A stretch of DNA of 64,000 bases from assembly GCA_951406725.2 (NCBI GenBank), contig OX597831.1, positions 35,092,001 through 35,156,000 on the forward strand. Direction: 5' to 3'. The position numbers were made by a program, and so were the translations under genes. Positions 12,937 to 25,469 of this stretch are shown here, piece by piece; the stretch's first letter is position 1; each line of letters starts with the position of its first letter. The notes beneath the pieces are model-generated. The model made no database searches. It was not told where the DNA came from and saw nothing but the letters and a program-made list of their open reading frames with translations. The DNA comes from Octopus vulgaris (Eukaryota).

Positions 12937-14054
12937 CATGTATATATAAGTATCTATCTAGATATATGTATGTCATCATCATCATCGTTTAATGTCTGTT
13001 TTCCATGCTGGCATGAATTGTATGGTTTGACTGAGGATTGGCAAGCGAAAAGACTGTACCAGGCTTCAATCTGATCTGGCAAGGTTTCTACAGCTAGATG
13101 CCCTTCCTAATACCAACCATTCTGAGAGTGTAGTGATACTTTTTACTTGCCATGGGCATGGGAGTCAGTCAGGCGGTACTGGCATTGACTACGCTCAAAT
13201 GGTGCTTTTTACATGCCACCGGCATGAGAGCCAGACAGGCGGCACTGGCATTGGCTACGACAATGACTTCAATTGTGTATATATACATACATATATATAT
13301 ATATATATATACATACATACATACATACATATATATATATATATGCATGCACACACACACATACAAATCTATATACATATATATATATATATGTGTATAT
13401 ATACATGTATATATTTATATCTATCTAGATATATATGTATGTGTATATACGTATATTTATGTATATGAGCACAAACACACACACACATATCACAGACATT
13501 CTTGTAATTTCTGTCTTCCAGATTCATTCACAAGGTATTGGTTACTCTAAATGAATAGTAGAAGATACAATTGCCCCAGGTGTCCCACAGTGGAAGAGAA
13601 CCCAAAATCTACTTAGTTGGAAAGCAAACCTTTTAACTTCGCATCTAATGACCAGGTCTAAAGTACAGAAAAATCCATCTCATGGGAGTTCAGAATGTAT
13701 AAGTAGCCAGGTTATATAACACCACAAGGCATTTTGTCCAGCACGCAAGCACTTCTGCTAATATTTACCAATCATCGACTTAGACCTAGGTCTGTCAGGT
13801 GCCCCAGAACTCAGAAGGCCAGAGCTAAACTCAGTTTCCATAACATATAAGTAACTGAGTTTACAACATTCTCCCATTTCCTGGATAAGGTGCTAGTCCA
13901 TTGCAGGGTTAATTCTCCAGCTGTTGCTGGAACTCATTTACCGCTGAATGGACTGGAGCAACTTGAAATGTTTTGCTCAAGAACACATCACATGGCCCAA
14001 GGTGGGAACTGACATAAGGATCATATGATTGTGAGTGCAACACCCTTTAAAACT

Positions 14055-14375
14055 GGCACTTACTCGGTTATGATGACATGGGTTGTACTTGATTTGAAAG
14101 ACAGAACAGCCTGCTTGAGAAATTAAGGTGCAAGTGGATGAGTATTCCGCAGACATGTGTACTCTTGATGTAGTCCTTAGGGAGATTCAATATGACACAG
14201 AATGTGACAAGGCTAACCCCTTTGAATTACTGGTACAACTCACTTTTTCCAGTTGAGTAGACTGGAGCAACGTGAAATAAAGTGTCTTGCTCAAGAACAC
14301 AACACACTGCTGAGAATTGAACTCGTGACCATACCACCATGGGCTGCTGAATATTCTAACCTCGAAGCCATGTAC
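14055..14375 (-). mobile_element. tRNA-derived SINE family D
   Basis: Shares gcctgctcgtgaaattaac...ctggagcaacgtgaaataaagtgtcttgctcaag with copies at about 29645-29982, 56030-56320 and 59180-59505. Confidence 0.75.
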
Positions 14376-14377
14376 CT

Positions 14378-14576
14378 TCTTTTCTACTCTAGGCACAAAG
14401 CCTGAAATTTTGGGGGGATGGGGCCAGTCGATTAGATCGACCCTATTATGCAACTGGTACTTAATTTATTGACCCCAAAAGGATGAAAGGCACTTGGCGG
14501 AATTTGAACTCCGAATGTAAAGATAGACAAAATACTGCTAAGCATTTCACTAACGTTTCTGCCAGCTCACCGCCTT
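14378..14576 (-). mobile_element. SINE family B (core CTTTGCCTTTCATCCTTTCGGGGTCGATAAA)
   Basis: tRNA-like head ggcggtgagctggcagaa...gagttcaaattcc. The core resembles the MetaSINE/Sauria-type domain as I recall it (unverified). Confidence 0.8.
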
Positions 14577-15286
14577 TAAGCCATGTACTTTCACTGTGCA
14601 ACACTATCTATTAGGACCTGGACCAGCTCAGGGTACCATCTACTTGGGCAGTCACCCAGGGTCCCATGTTCTAGGGTGCGCCAAAGAGGGCATGACAAAG
14701 ACAAGGAAATTTTCATGACCGTCAGCTTGTACACACCGAAGTTCAGCTTGCCTGGGGCACCAGCAACCCTGGAGCTGGCCCTGACTAGGACACACTTTCA
14801 GCAGCAGATCTAAAATCATACTTAATTGTATTAACCCCAGAAAGATGAAAGGTAACTTTAACTTTTGTAGGATTTGAACACATAATGTAAAGAACATTAG
14901 CAAATACCACTAGACATTTTGAGTGTTGCTTCAAGTACGTTTTTCTGTGTTTTCTTTTGGCTTAGCTATCACCACTACAAGATTAGCAAAATAATAGGCG
15001 GGTCCTGATGTCTGAGTAACTTGAGCATGTCCCTATGTATTTATAATAACAGGATTGTGCCTTTAAAATTCTTGTTTCATTTATTTCTATTCAAATTCCA
15101 TTGTTTTTCAAGAAAGTTGGCTACCAGAGAAATTCTATCTCTGAAAGAAATTTTAGAGTAGAGTTTCTTTGTTTTTTTTTGCTTTTGTATAATGAACAAA
15201 CAGTAATACTTACATATGTACACACACACACACACACACATACATACATACATACATTGCATCTGCAAGCACACACATACATAAAT

Positions 15287-15327
<41 letters not shown>

Positions 15328-16061
15328 CATATGCATTATATTGTCAGTACTGCATATATCTGATGTATGCATGTGTGCGAGTGCATCTATACATATAAAT
15401 CTATATATATACACACATATACATATATATGTGTTTGTGTCTGTGTATATACATATACATACATATATGCATATATGTGTGTATGTATATGCAGAGAGAG
15501 AGAGAGAGAGAGAGACAGGAAGAGAGATGGAGTGAGAAAGAGTGAGAGAAAGAGTGAGAAAGAGAGAGAGAGAGAAGGAGAGAGCCAAACAGATAAATAT
15601 TTACATATAAACATATAAATATACCCATATCTATCTATATCTATGAATCTATATCTCCATCTATTTATTTATCTTTCCCTTCCTCTTTCTTTCTGCCTGT
15701 CTATTTGTCTCTCTCTCTCTTTGCCCTCTCTCATTCCACACACACACACACACACATATACCAAGTGTTACAATTTCATGAAGTCAGACAGAAAGTAAAT
15801 AAATAAATAAATATAGAATTTATGACTTACATTGTTTAAAGAAAAAAAATGAAGAAAAACTTACGTCTGATGTGATCGATTTTTTTTAAAGCCATGATGC
15901 AAAAAGTCAATGACTAATTGTATTGAGTAAAGATGAATTAAAAAGAAATAAGTTGAAGTATCAAGTCAGAGATGATCATCTGGGGGTGGAGATATTCCAG
16001 TATCTCTCAGTCTAAACTGGCTGCAGTCTGATTCCAAGAGTAATTCTAGAAAATGCAATGC

Positions 16062-16358
16062 ATCATTACGACCACCACCACCACCAAAACTACCATCACC
16101 ACCACCACCACCACCAAAACCACCACCAACACGACCACCACCAAAACCACGACGACCACCACCACCCCCACCAAAACCACCACCACCGCGACCAAAACCA
16201 CCACGACCACCACCAAAACCACGGCAACCACCACCCCCACCAAAACCACCACCATCAAAACCACCACCACCACCACCACGACCACCACCAAAACCACGAC
16301 GACCACCACCACCATGACCACCACCACCACCAAAACCACCACCACCACCACCATCATC
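16062..16358. repeat. Degenerate (ACC)n trinucleotide repeat
   Basis: accaccacc interspersed with aaa/acg; yields poly-T, poly-H and poly-V ORFs. Confidence 0.9.
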
Positions 16359-16460
16359 AATCTTGCTTGCAGGGGTAGGATGGATTTTGTTGAGCTAGAT
16401 TTTCTGTAGTCAGATGCCCTTCCTGTTGCCAACACTCACCTGTTTCTGAGCAAAGTAATA

Positions 16461-17710
16461 TTAGGTTGTCCAGAAAGTTCTGAGCATTATTTGATATGCA
16501 AAAGGAATATAAATAATTGACCTTTCAATAAATTTTATTCTACGAAATAATTTCCATTTATTATTAACTAGCACTATGACCCAGCAACACCGGGTCATAG
16601 TGCTAGTGCATGCACATACACGTGAGTACTGTCCAAATCTCCGATCAATCACATACAGCTAGCTGGCATTCAATTGGCGTATCAAGTTTCGGGCATTTTG
16701 ATTGGGTTTTGGATAGAAAATTCACAAAAAGATCACTTCTATTGATTTTTTAATGGCTTTGTCAGGTGACTGGGGAAATGTAAAGATGTGCACGACCACC
16801 CTTGGACAGTTTTAAATGACCATAGAAAGTGCGAGCCCTCTAACTAAAAAATTGTGGATTTGTATAAAGGACACGCACACAGACATTTTGCTGTTTATAT
16901 ATATAGAGATGACCTTTGCTCGTCTATCTGGCAATTTAAACATTCCATCAACATAAAATTTAACTGGTTTTGAAGAAAAAAATGTTATGCATTTTGACTC
17001 CATCTAAATCATTAAATGTTTTTCCTTGCAATGAGTTCTGTTGAGACAAAAACAAGTGGTGGTCAGATGGCACAATATCAGGAGAATATGGTGGATGGGG
17101 TAAGAAATCCCAGCCAAGTTCACATAGCCAAAGACACATGTGGTTGGGCATTGTCATGTTGGGACACTCCCTTTTCCTATTCGCAATCTCCGGCCTCAAT
17201 TCTTTGATTTTTTGGTTCAAATTAGCCAGCTGATGACTGTATACATCAGAATTAATGGTCTGGTTTTGTTGGAGAAACTCAAAACAAATAATGCCTTTAT
17301 GATCCCACAAAACTCAAAGCATAGCTTTTTTGGCATGAATATTCATCTTTGGTTGCTATTTTGGGAGATCCTTATGCAAACTCAAGGATTTTTTTCACAC
17401 TACATTTTTGTACACAATCCATTTTTTTTATCTCCAATCATAAGTCGTTTAAAGAAAGGCATGCTTTCATTCCGTTTCAAAAGATGTCACAAACGAAATA
17501 CCAGTCCAAGCAATTCTTTTCTGAGAGCTTATGAGGGGCCTATACACTATAGCAAGAAATGTATCCTAGCTTCACTAGGCGTTCATAAGCCATACTTTTA
17601 GGAAATTCCAGCTCCTCTGTAAGTTCTCTAGTCATGATATTTGAGTTTTCTTTGATTTTTGCCTTCAAAACATCTTCATCCAGTTTTGAAGGTCTTCCAC
17701 TGCTTCTGTC
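16461..17710 (-). mobile_element. Mariner (DD34D) transposon remnant
   Basis: ta|TTAGGTTGTCC TIR-like end at 16461. Fragments RSSGRPSKLDED, WDHKGIICFE, HDNAQPH, HPPYSPDIVPSDHHLF; frameshifted. Confidence 0.9.
16568..16909 (-). mobile_element. Non-autonomous Helitron inserted in the mariner
   Basis: Minus strand starts TC(TC)TATATATATAAA and ends in a 16-bp perfect hairpin (16567-16582/16592-16607) plus CTAG. Inserted between A and T with no TSD; removal rejoins the mariner C-terminal sequence. Confidence 0.85.
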
Positions 17711-17727
17711 ATTATATGTATATATTA

Positions 17728-18125
17728 TAGGCACAGGCATGGCTGTATGGTAAGAAGCTTGCTCACCAACCACCTGGCTCCGGGTTCAGTCCCACTGTGT
17801 GGCACCTTGGGCAAGTGTCTTCTACAATAGCCTCATGCTGACCAAAGATTTGTGAGTGGATTTGGTAGACAGAAACTAGAAGAAACCCATCATATATATA
17901 TATATATTTGAGTGTTTGTGTCTGTGTTGTCCACCCCACTCCCCCATCATCGCTTGACAACCGATGTTGGTGTGTTTACATCCCCGCAACTTAGCGGTTC
18001 GGCAAAAAGGAATGATAGAATAACTACCAGGCTTACAAGGGATAAGTCCAAGGGTCGATTTCTTCGACTTGAAGGCAGTGCTCCAGCACGGCCACAGTCA
18101 AATGATTGAAACAAGTAAAAGAATG
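17728..18125 (+). mobile_element. SINE family A
   Basis: Full head-to-tail match to the family. Confidence 0.85.
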
Positions 18126-18390
18126 AAAGAATGTGTGTGTGTGTGTGTGTGTGTGTGAATGTGTTTGTGTGTGTATATATACAAAGGTAGACTTGTAGGT
18201 AGGCTGATGAATGAATCTACCATGCAAACATATGCATACATACATACAAACATAAATATCTACATGCAAGATACATATATACAAGAGTACAAACAATACA
18301 CACACACACCATCATCATCATCGTCATATATACATATATACACACATATATATACACATACATACATATACACATACATACATATACACA

Positions 18391-18422
<32 letters not shown>

Positions 18423-18533
18423 CACATACATACATATACACATACATACATACACATACACACATACATACATACATACACATACATACATACACATACA
18501 TACATACATATACATACATACATACATACATAC

Positions 18534-18594
<61 letters not shown>

Positions 18595-19580
18595 CATGCA
18601 TATATACATATACGAATACATACATGCATATATACGTGTGTGTGTGTGTGTTTATGAATGAATGAATGGCAGGCTTCTTTTATTTTCCGAAACATATTTG
18701 AAGGATTTTAGTCTCAAAGTGAAAGAATATTGAATAATATGAGAACATGATTCCAATAGTAATGGGTGTTGATGTTTCAAAGTATGACATAACTGAATTA
18801 TAACACAACTAGATTATGATATAACGGAATAATGATATAACTTGATTAAGACATAACTGAATTCTTCAAATATGATATAACCGAAGCCTCCTCTTCCCTC
18901 ACCTTTGTAGCAAAGGATGACTTCAGTGGTACCCCCTTGAGTTCTGATCATGGTAATGGTGATGATGATGATGATGATGGTAGCAGTTGTAGTGATGATG
19001 ATGATGACAGTCATGATGACGATGATGATTGTGGTGGTGGTGGTGATGGTAATGTTGATGAAGCAAAATTGAGATAACGTCTCACTGTTTATACTAGAAA
19101 ACACTATACAGTATATAGAATGTTAAAGTACTTAAACATTTTGAAATAAATGATGTTGTTATTCTGCTTGCTGTTGCTGGTGATCAAACAATGTATAAGT
19201 GTGACAGTGTACAAACGATGTATAATGCCAAACCAGTACTCACTAAAGTAACTACGTCTATAGACACCAGATACAAACGAATTGAAGGGTCTGAGTTATT
19301 CTTTTACTTGTCTCAGTCATTTGACTGTGGCCATGCTGAGGCACCGCCTTTAGTCGAGCAAACCTACCCCAGGACTTATTCTTTGTAAGCCTTGTACTCA
19401 TTCTTTTGGTTCCTTTTGCCGAACTGCTAAGTTACGGGGATGTAAACACACCAGCATCGGTTGTCAAACGATGTTGGGTTGACAAACACACACACACACA
19501 AAAACAATAATATAAATAATAAATATATACATATATACATACATATATGTACATACCTACATATATATTTATTTATACAT

Positions 19581-19747
19581 TAGGCGCAGGAGTGGCTGTG
19601 TGGTAAGTAGCTTGCTAACCAACCACATGGTTCCGGGTTCAGTCCCACTGCGTGGCATCTTGGGCAAGTGTCTTCTGCTATAGCCCCAGTTCGACCAATG
19701 CCTTGTAAGTGGATTTGGTAGACAGAAACTGAAAGAAGCCTGTCGTA

Positions 19748-19814
<67 letters not shown>

Positions 19815-20012
19815 TTGTGTGTCTGTGTTTGTCCCCCTATCATTGCTTGACAGCCGATGCTGGTGTGTTTACGTCCCCGTCACTTAGCGGTTCGGCAAAA
19901 GAGACCGATAGAATAAGTAATAGGCTTACAAAGAATAAGTCCCAGGGTCGATTTGCTCGACTAAAGGCGGTGCTGCAGCATGGCCGCAGTCAAATGACTG
20001 AAACAAGTAAAA
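19581..20012 (+). mobile_element. SINE family A, young full-length copy
   Basis: A-box at about 19593, B-box GGTTCAGTCCC at about 19636, internal (TA)n(TG)n, A-rich tail; closely similar to 21700-22112. Confidence 0.9.
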
Positions 20013-20187
20013 AAGAAAAAAAAAAGATTCATATATCGGTACATCAACAAAATGAGAAATGGGAACATAAAAACAAAAACACAGAAAATGAACTTTTTTC
20101 GAACAACGAAAGAAACAAACAGAGAAACGAGACAGGCAACATAAAGAACATTCCCTTCATCAGTTGTCCCCTGTTTTATCTACTCCG

Positions 20188-20219
<32 letters not shown>

Positions 20220-20942
20220 TGCAAAGCTGGCATGATTTGAACTCAGAACAGACAGACAGACAAAATACCACTAAGTATTTTATCCAGTGTGCTGAGGGTT
20301 CAGGTGAAGAATAAATAATGAGTTCAAATCTTTTTGCCACAAGGGCAGCTTGGGGGGAGGGATTAAGTCAATTACATTGACCCCCAGTGCGTAACTGTTA
20401 CACATTCATAACTATGTGTTTGCGTATGCCAAACTACATCCCCACTCTTTGCACTATTTTGTTAGTGAACAGTACAACTGTGTGTAAAGTATATAATGTA
20501 TTACTACGCTGAATGTCGAGTCCATGTATCATGTAAAGCAAATAAACACGTAACAACAACAATGGTCTTCATTTGGTTGTCTATCCCATTAGAACCCAAA
20601 CTACACGCAACATGGTGGCAGCGGTACTGATACTTATTTAATCGACCCCGAAAGGATGAAAAGTAAAGTCAACCTTGGCGGAATATGAAATTGGAATGTA
20701 AGCGGCTGACGAAATATTGCTAAACATTTCGCCCGGTATATTGACGATTCTGTCAGCTCACTGCCTTAGGTGAAAAATAAATAACATCTGTTGTTATTAT
20801 TTATGTGTGTGTGTGTGTGTTTGTCCCCCGCCACTGCTTAACAACTGGTGTTAGTGTGTTTACATCCCTGTTTTATGGTCAAACTGACCAGCTCCAAACT
20901 CTCACACCTATCTTACAATGTCATTCTAAAAATATACAAATA

Positions 20943-21106
20943 TAGGTGCAGGAATGGCTGTGTGGTAAGTAACTTGCTTACCAACCACATGGTTCTAGGT
21001 TCAGTCCCACTGCATGGCATCTTGGGCAAGTGTCTTCTACTACAGCCTTTGGTCAACCAAAACCTTGTGAGTGGATTTAGTAGACAGAAACTGAAAAGAA
21101 GCCCTT

Positions 21107-21170
<64 letters not shown>

Positions 21171-21343
21171 GGAGTAAACACATAAATGTGAAATAAGGTG
21201 GAAAAAAGAGTACTCAAATACCAGTGGTAGAGTAATATGCTTTATTTAAAGCAGCAGAAAATTCAACAAAACCTGTTACAGGTTTTGTTACAGGTTTTGT
21301 TGAATTTTCTGCTGCTTTAAATAAAATATATATATATGTGTGT

Positions 21344-21411
<68 letters not shown>

Positions 21412-21590
21412 TCTCCCACCATTGCTTGACAACCAATGTTGGTGTTTACATCCCTGTAACTTAGCGGTTCGGCAAAAGAGGGCCGATAGAATAAGTACTA
21501 GGGTTACAAAGGATAAGTCTTGGGGTCGATTTGTTTAGCTAAAGGTGGTGCCCCAGCATGGCCACAGTCAATTGACTGAAACAAATAATA
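20943..21590 (+). mobile_element. SINE family A carrying a fold-back insertion in its (TA)n
   Basis: Head at 20943, tail at about 21585; extra segment 21169-21325. Confidence 0.85.
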
Positions 21591-21699
21591 GACAAAAAAA
21601 AAAAATAAAAAATAACACCATTGAAATTCTGAAGCTTCAAAGTAAAGTGTGATTAATTCAAAGCAACATGAATGAATAGGAATTACATTTGACAAAGAG

Positions 21700-21863
21700 A
21701 GGCGCAGCAGTGGCTGTGTGGTAAGTAGCTTGCTAACCAACCACATGGTTGCGGGTTCAGTCCCACTGCGTGGCATCTTGGGCAAGTGTCTTCTGCTATA
21801 GCCCCGGGCCGACCAATGCCTTGTGAGTGGATTTGGTAGACGGAAACTGAAAGAAGCCTGTCG

Positions 21864-21904
<41 letters not shown>

Positions 21905-22112
21905 TTGTGTGTCTGTGTTTGTCCCCCTAGCATTGCTTGACAACCGATGCTGGTGTGTCTACGTCCCCGTCACTTAGCGGTTCGGCAAAAGAGACCGATA
22001 GAATAAGTAATAGGCTTACAAAGAATAAGTTCCGGGGTCGATTTGATTGACTAAAGGCGGTGCTCCAGCATGGCCGCAGTCAAATGACTGAAACAAGTAA
22101 AAGAGTAAAAGA
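21700..22112 (+). mobile_element. SINE family A, young full-length copy
   Basis: CpGs retained; tail gtaaaagagtaaaagag. Confidence 0.9.
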
Positions 22113-22787
22113 GATCTAAATGCTAAAGGGTTAACTAGTGCATAATACAAATGGTCAATTAGTTAATTGGTTAAGTTATTAACCAATCAAATTACTATAA
22201 AGAATTACGATTGAACCTGTGCATGTAATATCATGATCATCATCATTGAACGTTCACTTTCCATGCTGGCATGGGTTGGACGATTTGACTGAGGACTGAC
22301 AAGCCAGTAGGCTGCACCAGGCTCTAATCTGATCTGGAAAGGTTTCTACAGCTGGATGCCTTTCCTAACACCAACCACTCTGATAATGTAGTGGGTGCTT
22401 TTTACGTGCCACTGGTATGGGGGCCAGTCAGGTGATACTGGCATTGACCACGCTTGACTGGTGCTTCTTATGTGCCACTGGCATAATGATTCTCCCAAGC
22501 CAAAATGATACAAAGAAATACAAAATCAATATTTACAATCTTTGTCCAAGACAGAAAGGATACATATAATATATAGGCATATATGTGTCTGTGTGGTAAG
22601 AGGTTTTCTCCCCAACCATATGGCTCCACATTCAGTCCCACTGTGTGACACCTTGGGTGAGTCTTCTATTATAGTTCCAGGCCGACCAAAGCCTTTCCAG
22701 TGGATTTGGTAGACAAATTAAAAGCAACTCGTCTCTCTCTCTCCCTCCCTCTCTCTTTCTCTCCCTTTCTATATACACATATATATA

Positions 22788-23150
22788 TCTATATATATAA
22801 AACTGAGAATGTGTATCTGTCTGTCTGTGTGTTTCCCTAAAACTTGAGAACTACACAACCAATTTCATTCAAATTTTACACATGCCTTACTTAGGGCCCA
22901 TGTAGTTTCATGGGCAAAAAAATGTTCAACTTCTTACCTAGAGCGAGCCCATAGCAATATCATATCTTCTCCACTATTTCAGTATTACGTGTTAAAAGTG
23001 AAACGAAAACGTTTCTCTATTTTATGTCAGATGCTTTCACTTTAACAATAAAAATGATAATAACAATTGAATTATATGTAGTAAGTAATAATTAAAATCA
23101 AACTAAAGTATAATATTATCGTAACATAACATCAATATTACGGTGATCAA
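22788..23150 (+). mobile_element. Helitron-like 5' end
   Basis: a|TCTATATATATAAAA followed by (TCTG)n, the same architecture as the 16909 end; no 3' terminus found. Confidence 0.55.
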
Positions 23151-23864
23151 ACAATTCCATAACCTTTTTGGATAAATAGCCCCCGGAAGCATTTGGTGAG
23201 TCAAATATGGCACATTATCCTTTATTAGATTCATAAAACCTACACTATTTAGCTTTCCATCAACTTTAACTAGAGGGCCAACACCATAGCTACTAAATGC
23301 TGGCCCACACCATCACCCCACCCCCGCTTGCGTCGTCTTTTTCACGCATTTCGGAGGGAATTCCTCGGTTGGGCGACGTCTGACATATGTTTTACCATCT
23401 GATCCAAATATTCAGAAGCGTGACTCGTCACTCCAAAGGACCGTGCACCAATCTTCGGCTGTCCATTGAGCATGGCTTTTTGCGAAATTAAGACGTCTGA
23501 GTCAACTTTTTCGGATATTATTGGCTTTTTCCTAGCGATTCGTCCATGTAGTTCAAATTCTCTCAAACGGTTGCGGACGGTTTATAGTGTAAAAATAACA
23601 ACATTCTCGTTGGACAATTGTTTACAAATGTCAACGTCTGTCAGCATTCAGTTGCCTTCCGAAAGTCGGTGGATTCGACGGTCCAACTGCGCCATCGTTT
23701 TTCTTGGGTCGCCAGTCCTTTGCCGATCTTTATATTGACCAGTCTCCGAAAATAACTTCCATGCTTGCACGCATGCCGTTTTACTGCACTTTAGTAGTTT
23801 GCTGATGTTCGAAAAGGAAACTTTTTGCTGCTGGAATAACACGATTTTTGCTCTTTTGACTGGA
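23150..23864 (-). mobile_element. Tc1-like transposase remnant
   Basis: KRAKIVL...SKLLKCSKT (paired-like HTH), RTGDPRKT, GRIARKKPIIS, VLWSDESRF. Confidence 0.85.
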
Positions 23865-25075
23865 TCACCATCCAGATAGAGCCACAGATGCCTCAACCTC
23901 AGCGCGTGCCTGCGCATCATCAGCCGAGGCATCCCTAGCTCACCCTTAAGTGGTTGTTGGCAGCAAATAGAGCATCTCACAAGCGTATTCGAACCCTTCC
24001 ACAAGAAGCGGAAGAGCTGTCTTTCCAGCTTGCTCAACCACGAATCAGGGCAGGGAACGACGGTTAGGCGGTACGTGATGACAGATGCGATGAACACATT
24101 GGCCACCTCCGCCCTCCCTGGCTCTATTTTCGCAGCAATGGCTCAAGAGACATTACATATAAAAGCGGGGAGAGCGTTTGAAGCTGAGCGGCTTAGATAA
24201 AAAAAAAAACCGTTTATCTGAACTACCGAGTCGATGTTGTTATAAATTTCAATGATCCACCTAAGGAAGCTAATACCCAGGCCGAACTGTGCCAGAACGG
24301 ACACCAGGTAATGATGGTCTACCCTATCAAAAGCCTTTGATTGGTCTAAATCGACCACTGTCCCTCCCTTGCAAGAATCATTATGAAACCCTTCCACAGT
24401 GTACTGTAGAAGATGGAGATTATCCTGAATGGTTCTACCGGGAAACGGCACATGCCTGTGCCTTCCCGATCAAGCCATCTGCGACACACACCAATCTTTT
24501 CGAGAACACTTTGGCCAAAATCTTCAACTCTGTGTTTAGCAGAGTGATGGGCCGAAAATTATCAATGCAGTCCCCCCTTATTCGGGTTCTTTCTGACAAG
24601 CCTCACAAGTTCCCGGCGCACAGATCTGGGAATGAACCCATTCTGCTGCCAGTTCGCGTAGACATTCGCAGGTGCCCGAACAAGTCTGGCATACTCTTAT
24701 ACAGTTCATAGGGTAGACCATCCAGTCCCGGTGCCTTACCCGCGTCGTGGTGCGCCATAGCCTCAATTACCTCCTCAGGCGTGATCGGCCCTACACAACA
24801 CTCCGCGTCAAGCTCCGAGAGGAGTGGCAGCCTGGCGAGGTAATCCGTTAGGTCCCTCTTACTGTCCGGTCCGTTTCCCCCACCCAGAAAAGCTAGGTGA
24901 AGTGCTCCTGAAAGACCTCACGCATCTCTTCGGGCTCGTTTATTAACTTACCTCTTTGGTTCATCAAAGATCGAATTGTGCCATCGTTGACACGTTGGGC
25001 TTCCACCACTCGGGCCCATCCTTCTGCCTTGATTCCTTCACAACCCAATGTACGAATCCTGGCTCCAACAATGCA
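23865..25075 (-). mobile_element. Tx1/L1-clade LINE fragment
   Basis: GKAPGLDGLPYELY, RPITLLN, PGRTIQDNLHL, DLDQSKAFDRVDH, LERQLFRFLWKG; GC-rich with internal deletions. Confidence 0.85.
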
Positions 25076-25257
25076 ACCCATCTGCTTCACAACTGGTGTT
25101 CGTTTATTTACATCCCCATAACTTACTGGTTTCACAAGAAGAAACTGATAGAATAAGTACCAGGCTTATCAAATATAAAAAAGCACTACGCAGTGTGTCA
25201 TATTTTTGCTTGCCCACTCAGTTGTATCTATCAATTTATCTTTGTGTGTATGTGTGT

Positions 25258-25336
<79 letters not shown>

Positions 25337-25469
25337 CATATATATATATATATATATAATTTATATATGAATTTCGTAGACAGGAACTGAAACAAATCAA
25401 TCGTATATATATGTATGTATATATGTAAGTGTATGTGTTTAGATATTGGCAACATGAATGACAATGGTT

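Noticed and set aside
16046-16435. Mucin-like poly-Thr, His-rich or poly-Val ORFs
   Set aside because: Degenerate (ACC)n open in multiple frames, attached to a family C retroposon fragment; no signal peptide or exon context.
20020-20190. CTGATGA on the minus strand as a further hammerhead
   Set aside because: No properly placed GAAA or stems could be assembled.
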